A stretch of DNA of 63,990 nt, the filler included, from Malassezia furfur (lineage: Eukaryota), in NCBI GenBank assembly GCA_052055015.1. It is 3 parts of 3 records of this genome, joined end to end, with 100 filler letters (N's around TTAATTAATTAA, not from the genome) between each part and the next. Parts side by side here need not be neighbours in the genome. Positions count along the whole stretch, not along the records: positions 21,835 to 43,353 come from JBQJIT010000167.1; 2 more parts are not named here. The stretch is one strand, 5' to 3'. This document shows positions 22,049-32,114 of the stretch, piece after piece. Below the pieces are notes generated by a model, which made no database searches, was not told the DNA's origin, and was given only the letters and a program-made list of their open reading frames with translations. Every line of letters begins with the position of its first letter. Positions within the stretch are counted from its first letter, which is position 1. A program made the translations under genes and the position numbers.

Positions 22049-25000
22049 CTAAGCGGAAGAACCGCCCATCTCGCCAAAGTACGGGTCATCGGGGGAGGTA
22101 TCTGGATGGAACTGGAGCTTGCCCTCGCGGAACAAGGCGCGCGCCGACACAGCCGGGCGCTTCTCGCTGTGCGGCGATGCACGATGCAATGGGTTGTTTG
22201 GCTTCCAGCCGCCGCCCACACTGGCGCCAATAAAGGCCGGGACGATGGCCAAAAGGCTCTTGGGATGGATATCACGGTCGCGCATCAGGCGCTTGTTGCT
22301 CTTGAGTACGAGGTTGCTCGCACGCAGGCGCCCGCCGCGAATGCTCGAGAAGGAGCCGAGTTGCTCGGCCAAGCGACCGACGGCCGGCTCGTTCCAATCC
22401 CTGTAATACGTGTTGGAGCGGGTCATCTTTTCTTCTTCTTCGGCCTCGTGCGAGAGCGTCGGCAAGGCGTTGGGGTCGGGCATGAGCTTGAGCCGGACGA
22501 GCGCACGTTCGATCGGTTCAGGGGGGCACATGCGCGTCAGCACGCCGAGCGGCCATGAGATGATTCCCGCCACGATCGAAATCCCCCAGTCGCGGCCGGG
22601 CAGGTGCGTGACACTAAACGTCGCGCCGCCCTTGAAGATGATGAGCACCTGAGCGCCAACTTCGATCGCAACAATCAAGATGAACCAGATGTTGCGGTGA
22701 ATGTTGTGGAAGATATTGAGCTTTCGGTCGAGCCGGCGTGCGTTGATTTGATTAAAAAGTTGGCACCACACGAATACATTGAACACGAGCGCACCCAGTT
22801 CGACGCCCTCCCTGTGTTGGCGCACGGGATCGGTATGGTCCAGGTTGAGGATATCGGCGCCGCGGAAGTTGAGCACGAGAATGACGATGATCTGGTAGAT
22901 GGACTGCACCGCAATGTGCATCCACATCTCGGTTGACACTAGCGGCGCCGTAAAGCGGTCCGGCTTGCGCTTCAGCGATTCGGGGTCCGCCGGGTCGGTT
23001 GCGAGCGCAAGCGCGGCGAACGTGTCCATGATCAGGTTGAGCCACAAAAGCTGCACGGCGGTCAACACCGAACTCTCGCTGTCACTCGCAACAGCCGAGA
23101 CAAAGGTGACCACCACCGCCACAACGTTCACGGTGAACTGGAACTGCAAAAACTTGCGCACTGCATCGTTCACACACCGGCCCCACATGATCGCATTCAC
23201 GATGCTCGAGAAGTTGTCGTCGAGCAGTACAATGTCGCTCGCCTCCTTGGCGACTTCAGAGCCCGACAGGCCCATCGAAAAGCCGACATTGGCGGACTTG
23301 AGCGCGGGGCCGTCGTTGGTGCCGTCGCCGGTCACCGCCACCACCTCACCCATGCTCTTGAGCTTGTCGATGAGCCGCTTCTTGTCGTCGGGACTCGAGC
23401 GCGCCAACACCTGCAGCCGCGGCACCAACTCGGTCAGGTCTTGGTCGTCGAGCTGCCGGAACGCCGGGCCCTCGATCACCACGCCACCAGGCGTGAACAT
23501 GCCACACTGTGCGGCAATCGAGCGCGCCGTGATAATGTTATCGCCCGTGCACATCTTGACTTGGACCCCTGCCCCACGGCACGCACGCACCGCATCTGGC
23601 ACACCCACACGCAGTGGGTCCTCGATTGCGGTGACGGCGAGCAACGTGAGGTCTTGCGCGAGGTAGTCGTACGCCACCTCGCCCTCGCTATCCCGTGTGG
23701 CGTTCGGCGGCGGCCACGAGGAAAAGTCGCGGTAGCACAGCGAGATAGTGCGCAGTGACTGCGACGCAAACTCGGTAATGAGCCCCGTGAGCTCCTCGTG
23801 TTCGGCCGCTTCAATCGCGCGCGTGGGCAGCTGGGCCGCATCCGTCGCGCCCGAAAGCGCCTCAACGACACGTGTGCTGTGTCCCAAGAGCACTTCGCTC
23901 GCGCCCTTGACTAGGAAGCGGTAGCCGTTGGGCGTCTTGATCACGACGCCCATCGCCTTGCGCTTCGAGCCAAACGGAATCACCTGCACAGTCTCGGTTG
24001 CTTTGCGGATCGCCGCATAGTCGCCCCAGTGGTACTTGGTGACCATGCCCAGCAACGCCGTCTCGGTCTTGGAGCCGACAAATGGCGTATCGTCCTCCTT
24101 GTCCGCGGCCGACTCGTTGGCCGAGGCCCTGCGCGAAAAGAGACGCACGTACCACGGCTGCGGTACTGGGCGCTCTTCCTCTTCGACGGCGTCGCGGCGC
24201 TCGGGGATGAATGCAGTCGAGTTGATACAGATCGACTCGGTAAACAGCTTTCGCAGTGCCTCAGGCAGCCGCGTCGACAGCTCGTCCATGTCGATGAGCG
24301 TCTCTGTGGATTGCGTATTTTCCACCTCAAACTTGACGCGGTCCTGGAAGCGTAGATCGCATCCGATGCTGCCAGCCACGACATTCATCTTGTTCTGCGT
24401 CAAGGTACCCGTCTTGTCGGTGCACACGCAGGTAGCATTGGCCATCGTCTCACACGAACCCAAAATACGCACAAGCAGGTTGCGATTCGACATGCGCCGC
24501 GTCGCAAACGCCAGTGCCAGCGTCACGGCGAGCGGCAACCCTTCGGGCACCGCCACCACAATGATCGTCACCGAGATGATTAGGATGTTGATGAAACGCT
24601 GCCCGTATTGACTGCCTTGCTCAGAGGTCAACTTGGGCGTACTGTCCGTCATGTCCAGGCCAAGCTTGACAAAGAAGCGAATCATGAGCGCCGTAAAGAG
24701 GATCAGACCCGCCGCCGTACCCAGTTTGGCGATAAGCTCGGCCATGTTGTTCAGCTTGCGCTGCAGCGGGGTGTTTTCCGGCTCCTCACGCAGCGACATC
24801 ATTAGCTTCCCGTTGAAACTCATCGGACCCACGGCAATCACCACAAATTGGCCGACACCCTCGAGCACCTTGGAGCCAGAAATCATAAAGCAGCTCTTGT
24901 GCTTGAGCGGCTTGTCGGCATTGTCCAGCTCACGGACATAGTCGTCGTATGGTAGCTTGTTGATCATATCCGACTCGCCCGTCACACTCGACTCGTCGCA

Positions 25001-26140
25001 TCGAATGTTGTGCCCCTCAATCACCACACCATCAAACGGTACAACCTCACCAGGCTCGAAGAACACAATGTCACCCACCAACACCTCGCGCACGTCGATC
25101 TGATGCTTGGTGCCGCTGCGGAGGACCGTCACGTCGCGCGCCTCTTTCTTGGCATCGAGCATGCGGAACTGGCGCTCTTTCTGCCAGTCGTTCAGCGAGC
25201 CGACCAGGTCGACAATCGCCACGGCCACGAGAATCGCCACTCCCTCCACCCAATCCACCTTGGGCGGCTCACATCGGTCCTCGCCCGGTGGGGGGTTGGC
25301 GCATGCCACCTTTTCCGGCCCATTTGGCCCAAAGTCGGTGTAAAAGCCAAGTGCCAGTGACACGATCGCTGCAATGATCAGCAGAATCAAAATCTTATCT
25401 TGAAGTGCAAGCCACATCAACATCAAAAGACTCTTAGACTTGCGCTCGGGCAGCAAATTGCGGCCATACACGCGCTCACGGTCAGCAATCGTCGCATGCG
25501 TTGGGCGTGCATCACCGGTGGCCTGCGGTGATGTGTCAGGCACCAACCCCATCTCCTTGCTCGTCCCCAGGCCAGCCAGCAGCCCAGAGAGACCGCCCAT
25601 GGCACGCAGTTCCTCCACGTTCTCGGGATCAATGAGCGAGCACAGTTGTCCCGGCTTGAATTGGAAGGGTGCAGGGTTCTTCCATAAATTCTCTTCCAGC
25701 TCCTTCTGCAAGCGTTCCTGCTCTAGCGGAGCAGAATCGCCTTTGAACCAGCATTTGATTCTCTGGAAGAAGCCGTTCTTCGGGACCTCGCCAGCAGTAC
25801 GCGTCGTAAGAGTGGTGCCGGCGCGGACCATATGTGGGCCCTCGGGGACGGGTCCGGCACCAGCAGTATTGCGCTCCTTGAGCGCCGGCGGCTCAATCGG
25901 CGATTCAGCTGGAAGCGAGTCGTGTTTATGGTCGTCTTCGACGTGAGAAGGCGTGCGGTGTGACCCCCTCTCGCCTTGCGAGAGGTATGGGCTATCCGTG
26001 ACAGCCCCCTTCGAGCTAAACTCGGTCTGGCGCACATCTGGACCGAGGCTGTCGAGCTGGACGTGGGTAATCGGGGGGGCTAAGCTCCCCCCATCTTCGA
26101 TATGGCCCCCTGACGCCACTGCGTCTGTGCTCGTCTGCAT
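22049..26140 (-). CDS. PMC1: P2B-type vacuolar Ca2+-ATPase
   Basis: DESSVTGESD, VVAVPEGLPLAVT, CTDKTGTLT, KGASE, TGDN, VTGDGTNDGPAL, WLNLIMDTFAALALATD; start assigned to the first ATG (MQTSTD). Confidence 0.95.
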   Translation of the reverse strand: MQTSTDAVASGGHIEDGGSLAPPITHVQLDSLGPDVRQTEFSSKGAVTDSPYLSQGERGSHRTPSHVEDDHKHDSLPAESPIEPPALKERNTAGAGPVPEGPHMVRAGTTLTTRTAGEVPKNGFFQRIKCWFKGDSAPLEQERLQKELEENLWKNPAPFQFKPGQLCSLIDPENVEELRAMGGLSGLLAGLGTSKEMGLVPDTSPQATGDARPTHATIADRERVYGRNLLPERKSKSLLMLMWLALQDKILILLIIAAIVSLALGFYTDFGPNGPEKVACANPPPGEDRCEPPKVDWVEGVAILVAVAIVDLVGSLNDWQKERQFRMLDAKKEARDVTVLRSGTKHQIDVREVLVGDIVFFEPGEVVPFDGVVIEGHNIRCDESSVTGESDMINKLPYDDYVRELDNADKPLKHKSCFMISGSKVLEGVGQFVVIAVGPMSFNGKLMMSLREEPENTPLQRKLNNMAELIAKLGTAAGLILFTALMIRFFVKLGLDMTDSTPKLTSEQGSQYGQRFINILIISVTIIVVAVPEGLPLAVTLALAFATRRMSNRNLLVRILGSCETMANATCVCTDKTGTLTQNKMNVVAGSIGCDLRFQDRVKFEVENTQSTETLIDMDELSTRLPEALRKLFTESICINSTAFIPERRDAVEEEERPVPQPWYVRLFSRRASANESAADKEDDTPFVGSKTETALLGMVTKYHWGDYAAIRKATETVQVIPFGSKRKAMGVVIKTPNGYRFLVKGASEVLLGHSTRVVEALSGATDAAQLPTRAIEAAEHEELTGLITEFASQSLRTISLCYRDFSSWPPPNATRDSEGEVAYDYLAQDLTLLAVTAIEDPLRVGVPDAVRACRGAGVQVKMCTGDNIITARSIAAQCGMFTPGGVVIEGPAFRQLDDQDLTELVPRLQVLARSSPDDKKRLIDKLKSMGEVVAVTGDGTNDGPALKSANVGFSMGLSGSEVAKEASDIVLLDDNFSSIVNAIMWGRCVNDAVRKFLQFQFTVNVVAVVVTFVSAVASDSESSVLTAVQLLWLNLIMDTFAALALATDPADPESLKRKPDRFTAPLVSTEMWMHIAVQSIYQIIVILVLNFRGADILNLDHTDPVRQHREGVELGALVFNVFVWCQLFNQINARRLDRKLNIFHNIHRNIWFILIVAIEVGAQVLIIFKGGATFSVTHLPGRDWGISIVAGIISWPLGVLTRMCPPEPIERALVRLKLMPDPNALPTLSHEAEEEEKMTRSNTYYRDWNEPAVGRLAEQLGSFSSIRGGRLRASNLVLKSNKRLMRDRDIHPKSLLAIVPAFIGASVGGGWKPNNPLHRASPHSEKRPAVSARALFREGKLQFHPDTSPDDPYFGEMGGSSA

Positions 26141-26385
26141 ACGCAAACTAGTTATGGTCGTCTTTTGTGTAGACACCTTGCAACTTAATCAACCTTTACA
26201 CGCACGCCACGCACATGCGAGGGCAGCAATTCCCAATGGCGTCGTCGGCGTGAGGAGTGTGCCCAGTCTATCTACGAACAGCCCGTACCCACGTGACTCT
26301 TGGCATGCCCGCACATAGACCGCGTGCCTGCCGGGGAAATCTGCTCTGTGCACAGCCCCTTGGCGCGCTGTTTTCGAATTTAGAT

Positions 26386-27307
26386 TCAGTAGCCCCAACT
26401 GCGCAAGATACCTGCCGGGGTATTAGCATGTGCCAAGATAACTGCGCCGCACGTACCGAGCCAGCCGCGACCTCCCCATTCGATCCATTGGCCTAGCCGC
26501 TTGGAGGCGTCATTGGCTGCGTCATATAGGCCAGGTGTTTCAGCGATCCGTGTCAGAAGCGTTGCACAGGCATCAGGAGAAACGTTGGGCTCTGCAGCCA
26601 ATACGAGTTCTGGAGCGTGTCAGCAAACGGAGTTACCCACCTGCAGATCCATAGGCTTGAGCCAGACGCGCACGGAGCGCATACCATTCAGGCTGCAACT
26701 GTGAGTATGCGCAACGTACCCCGTGGTGGCCCGTGACCCCCGCCGCGAAACACGCCTCATTGGCAATGTGACTCGCGCGAGTGGAGAGAGGCAGAGGTGT
26801 CGGTACTGCGCCTGACCAGGGGAACACTCTCGGTGATAGGCCCACTTTGTGCAACAAATGTGGCACGGATACCAACGCATCGCTAGATAGCAATCCAAAG
26901 ACCTGACACGGTCAGGTTCCGGCGAAACGTACGGGCATCAAGTGTGGCCGAACGGCGGCACTGGTGTGAAGGCGGTCGCGCAGCAAGCTGATTGCATTTT
27001 GGACTGCCTTTTGGTAAGAGATTTCCGTGACAGGTGAATCCCTTTGGGCCGCCATTTTGGCACAGGCATCATCGTCCCACACTTGGAAGAGACGCCGCGG
27101 AGCGGCTGTGGGCGCCGTGTCTTCTCCCGGGAAGAGTCGCTCTAGCGCGCGCTCCATGGTTAGCCGGTCGATACGGCCTGCGAAACGTTCGCTTTGCTCA
27201 GCAGCCTTTTGCACAGCTGCCAGGGAGAACCCTTGGCTGGGCACATGCGGAAGGGCGGCGCGCAGCAACATATGCGCATCGGCCTCCCCGCCAGGTAGGC
27301 TCGGCAT
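26386..27307 (-). CDS. COQ9: Ubiquinone biosynthesis protein Coq9-like; introns 26903-26932, 26693-26719, 26610-26640, 26412-26456
   Basis: LLRAALPHVPSQGFS, LFPG, HIANEACFAAG..PEWYALRARLAQAYGSAEL, GWLGILRSWGY* after splicing four GT-AG introns. Confidence 0.7.
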
Positions 27308-27338
27308 AGCGTGTGACGTATGTGGAGGTATGGAGGAT

Positions 27339-28546
27339 CTACGTCCAAATGTGAATGGCCCCGTCGTCTCCTGCGCTGGCGAGCATGGTAGGCGCCTGCA
27401 TAAGATCAGGATTGTCACTGCGTTGCTGCGGAGGCGCCCAAGCAACGCAATTGATATCACTCACGCCATGCGCATCTTCCACAGCGGCTGACAGCGTGAC
27501 AGTCGGCTGGATCGAGTTATCAGCATTCACGCCCACAGAAAAGACGCAAATTTTGCCGTCGGCTCCAGCCGCAGCAAGCTTGCCAAATCGCTGCGCTGCA
27601 TTGTCTGAGTCACCAATTGCCCAGCTCAGCGTGTAAATAGTGCGCGAGAAATGTCCCTCGATGCGTTGCACTTCCACCCATTTGTCGCCCGCCCGCCCAG
27701 GCACTTTGCCGTCAGGCACCAAATTTCGCTCTGCACATTCTTGTGCGGTAAATCGCCGCCATATACGGACGGTGTTATCGTCCGAGGCCGATGCCAGGTA
27801 AGCACCGCATGGGGAAAATGCCATCGCCCACACGGTCGACGTATGCCCCGAAAGCGTCGTGTAACAGAACCAGTCTTCCGAGGGGTCGTCCACATAGAGT
27901 TTAATGGTATCATCGTAGGACGCGCTGGCAAGGATCTGGGTCAATCAAGATTAACATACCTCCTCTTTCGGATGCCATGCCACCATCTTGACATCCTGTG
28001 AGTGTTCCATCATGACACTCAAGCACTCAAATTCCGAATCTGGCTGCACCTCCCAGATCCAGACACTCTTGTCCCGGCTGCAGCTCGCGAGGAGCGTCCC
28101 ATTATGATTGAAAGCGACGCTCTTACACTCGCTGTCATGGCCTTCTAGAGTTCCTGAGCAGTCCCATTCAGGTTCGTTGGAACCCTCACCACGCATATCC
28201 TCGGGGATCCGTTCCCAGATGCCTACTGTGCAGTCAAAGGAAGCTGTGGCGAGAATATCTCCCGAAGGCGACCACGCCACTTGGCGGACTGTACGTTTGT
28301 GTCCGGTTGGAATAACCTCGCGGAGAGAAAATACAACCTGATCTTCATTTGTGACTCCCGACGTCAACGACGTGTACGAGTGTAGTCGCACGTCACGGTC
28401 GGTGGAGCAGGAGGCCAAGAGGGGCTGTTTCGGGTTCCATGCCACGAACCACGCCGCTTCAGCGTGTCCTTCTCGTTAGCACAAGTTCAAACATCTTGCC
28501 TACCTTGCAGAGAGGTCAATTTTTGCAACGGACGTGCATCAGCCAT
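27339..28546 (-). CDS. CIA1: Cytosolic Fe-S assembly WD40 protein Cia1; introns 28469-28503, 27936-27959
   Basis: [88 protein letters not shown]. Confidence 0.95.
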
Positions 28547-28732
28547 GGTACTGCTGTCGACCACTTTTGTTCTCGACGATCGACGCTGCGTGAGGACTCC
28601 ACCCGAGCAAGGCATGACGTAATCGATGCGTTCGGTGCGCGGAGGCGCTGCTCACAGTGGTAGGGTATTTCGACGTACGAGTCGCTACGAGATGAGCGCA
28701 GACGACCCCGCTCTCGTGGGTATTTCTGGCTC

Positions 28733-29548
28733 TTATGGAGCCGCTGAAAATTCAAGCTCGTTGCCCCACCAATGGGCAGACTGTTCCCGCATGTAGTCCA
28801 GGTCATCTTCGTTTAGATCACTGGTGTTGTCCCAATGTTGTTCAAACTCGAGCGTCACAGCATCCAAAGGTTCAGCATCTCCTCCCGAAGATGCATTTGA
28901 CGGTGGGTCATCGAGGGCATGAAGGTAGGACATAGGGGGAAGCTTCCAGCTGTTTTCCCGTAGGCGCTTATGCTGCGGTCAGTTAGACTCGAGACCTACG
29001 CGTTCGCGGTCCTCTTCGATTCGACGCAGCACGTCTGTTCGAGAAATTCGTGTAACGTCGGCCATTTCCCCCCGCTGGCTTCGGTCCCGGACACTAGTAG
29101 CACGTTGCTCGATTGTCTCCATAAGCGGCGCCAGCACACTGGGCTCAAATATCCGCTTGGATTCCCAAGAGGCGAGAATCTGTTGTGTAAGTGGTAGGCA
29201 TACCTGTCGTGTGCTGGTGATGTTCAATACCGCATCCCAACTGTCGGGAGGCACCACCATGTCGATGATGGCGGGCAGATCACGCGTCGCCAAGGTCCGG
29301 TAGACCGCGACTTCTTCTGGGTTCGTCTCGAAATCGTCTGCAAGGAACGAGTCCAACATAAACAGGACGTTGATACGCGTGTTGGATGGCGCCTTCCGAC
29401 ATTCTGTCATAACACAGGCCCATATGTCGTCCGGGCATCGCGTCGCGTACTGCAAGGCAAATACCACAATGTTTCGTATGGACTGCTCGCTCGCGTTCAG
29501 ACGCTTAAGGAGCTCCAAGAACTCCATGCGGACCTGAAAGGGGTCCAT
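28733..29548 (-). CDS. CTK3: CTD kinase subunit gamma (Ctk3); introns 29180-29203, 28973-28999
   Basis: MDPFQVRMEFLELLKRLNASEQSI, RINVLFMLDS, RRIEEDRERHKRLRENSW, EFEQHWDNTSDLNEDD. Confidence 0.88.
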
Positions 29549-29665
29549 GTCTGCGAAGAAGGAGGAGCAGCTAGCGACGTAGGTGGATTGCCTGGTCTCC
29601 GGTGGTGTAAGCCCCAGGTGTCGTAGACGGTGCGGCGAAGCCTTCCACCTCCACTATTCGATCGC

Positions 29666-30112
29666 ATGACGCCGCCTCCCCCCGGCGAGCCCGCCGTGCA
29701 CGGCTCCCTAGATGAGGCCAACGAGCGCTATGATGCGATCAAAACACAGCTGAAAGAAGGACTTGCTCGAAAGCGCCAGACTGACCAGGATTTGACCGAC
29801 CTGGAATCCCAAATTTACCTCTACGAAGGATCATACTTGAACAGCACAGCGCTCAGCGGCGGAAACGTGATTCGTGGATTTGATTCCTACATGAAGGCTG
29901 CTGCACTGGGTACAGGGACTACACGTGCACCAACTGCATCGAGTTCCATTTCCAACGACGACAGGATGTTTAGTACGAGCAGTGCGACCCATCAACGGAG
30001 TATTGCGCTCAAGATGAACGAGGCTGCTGAGGATGCGGCGCGTCCGGAGGAAGCAAAAACACAAACACAAAACACACAATCGTCGGGATACAAATTGAAG
30101 CGAAAAACATGA
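29666..30112 (+). CDS. EAF6: NuA4/NuA3 subunit Eaf6
   Basis: LARKRQTDQDLTDLESQIYLYEGSYL..GNVIRGFDSY..DDRMFSTSSAT. Confidence 0.92.
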   Translation: MTPPPPGEPAVHGSLDEANERYDAIKTQLKEGLARKRQTDQDLTDLESQIYLYEGSYLNSTALSGGNVIRGFDSYMKAAALGTGTTRAPTASSSISNDDRMFSTSSATHQRSIALKMNEAAEDAARPEEAKTQTQNTQSSGYKLKRKT

Positions 30113-30202
30113 ATGGCTCGGTCGTGATCAATTGGCTAATATGAGGTTCTTACGCGGACTGGAACGAAGATTGCACGCTCAACTGTATTTACATACGAAT
30201 GT

Positions 30203-31773
30203 TTACCACATGCTGGCACTTGCAAGCAACAGTGCCAAGGCGGAAATAACAAGGACATCAGGGCGAACCATGGATGGCGCTGCCGCGTTTTTGTCCTTGC
30301 CCGTGACAGTCGTGCTAAGGCCGTCATCGGGGGCCACAACAACTTGTCCGCCTTGCTGTACAGGGGTAGGACCTTTAGCGTTCATGTTGCGACCGTAAAA
30401 GTCTTCCAGAAAGAGCGTTTGCATGCCTGCAGAAGACATGATAACACCCGAGGCAAGATGGGGGACGCCTTCAATCTTGGCATAAGCGACAGTCGGAGGG
30501 ATCTTGCCGGGGTTGGGGTTGTTCGGCAGGTAGGGGATGACATCCGCGATCCAATTGTCCATACGATTAACGTGGTCGCTGCCTTGCGATTTCGCTGCAC
30601 AAGACTTGTCGCCGCTGTTGCTGTCTTCGGTGCCCACGAAGTAATACACTTTGCGGGAGAGGTAGCGCTGGCGGATAATATCGGGCGTGTTTGCTCTGCG
30701 GTGCGGTTGACATAGGCCGGAAGCGTCCCGTCCAGACCATATTTGTATTCGTTGAAGTCTTTGCAACCTTTCGTGGACACCGGTCGCGAGTCGTTCAGGT
30801 AGAGCAAAGACCCTGGGCTTGAAATCCAGTAATTGATCATCGAGTCCTTGTCCGTGTCTGGACGGAACGTCACGTAGCGGTTGACAGCCTGACCACCCAT
30901 ACTGAACCCGGCAATGACCATCACCTCCATATTGGGGAACATGGTTTTATTGGTGAAATAGTCGACGTAGGCGTCAAGCACATCGAGCACACTCAGCCCC
31001 GGGCCATTCTGAGCAGCCTCTTGATCGGTAATGTGGATCAGTTTGCGCTTGTTCATCGTCGATGTCGGACCATCCTCGCTGCTTTTGGACCGCTTGCTGG
31101 AATCTTTGCTGCTCAGGTTCGTGTTGCCGTCCTTCGTCTTCTTCGACTTGGTCGTGACAAACTCGTACACGGGGTTGTCCAGTTCGCCCTGGCTGTTGAA
31201 CGAAGGATAAAGCGCATCATCCGTGTCTCCCCACCCATTCTGGTCCCAAATCAGCGTCTTGGTAGTGCTGATCTTGTTCGAGTCGTGGGGGAAAGCCTTG
31301 TAGTCGTTCACCGAAAAGAACATCGGTGCGGCAATCAGCACTTCATCCATAGTGAAGTTGCTAATTTGCGAAGCATTGCCAGCGGACAAGTGTGCATAGA
31401 GCCACTGGTTCCAAGCATCACGGTATTCACCATGAATCTGCACCACGGCGCGCTTAATCTTGCTCGGGTCGTAGTCAGCATTCACATAAGTCGTGATCGT
31501 AGCGCCCTGCTTGCCGACCGTGAACGTCTCGTTGTCAATCTTTGCACCGGCAACGTCAGGCAGATAGGGCCAACCGGCCTTGTAGCCATCCTTGCTCCCA
31601 CCCGGATATTGGCCTGGGTCCTTGGTATAGACGTCCTTGGAGCCGCGCTTAGCCAATTCACTCTCGCGAACTGCGCGCCGAATGACGTTCGGACCATCGT
31701 CCAGTATAGCACAGTGCGCTGTCACGGCACTCAGCAGTGCCAGGAGCTTGACAAAAGCACTGTTCACCAACAT
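30203..31773 (-). CDS. Secreted, probably GPI-anchored alpha/beta-hydrolase-like protein, interrupted by a 1-nt frameshift near 30690
   Basis: Signal peptide, VVQIHG, AGFSMGGQ nucleophile elbow, SSPGSLLYL, YKYGL; continues in another frame (RQRYLSRKVYY..GDKSCAAKSQG..GVPH) and ends in a hydrophobic tail. Confidence 0.75.
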
Positions 31774-32114
31774 GGCAGACGGTGGGCAAGTTCAACAGTA
31801 ACCGTGCTCCACGCCTCACTTGGGTTTATACAGAGGTCTGCCTTAGCTCTCCGCGCGCATGTAACGCACGCACTGCCACTGTACGACAAATCGCGTAGTC
31901 GTGCAGCGGAACACCGCGGTAGCGCCCGATATGCGCCCAACTTACTTCTACATATGTGACGCTCGCAAATAGACCGACCGGATTGGCTCCAAGTGGTTGT
32001 CTCATCCACTGCATTCCATTCCTGCGCAAATCCCCATAAGGCTGACTAATCCTCCCGTGGAGGTCCGGCAGCAAAATTTTCTGGCGCTCGTCGCGCAGGC
32101 TGGCACGGTGCACA

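Noticed and set aside
30698..30712. 16- or 18-nt intron explaining the hydrolase frameshift
   Set aside because: The donor GTCAAC is non-consensus, there is no branch motif, and neither candidate acceptor gives the required frame
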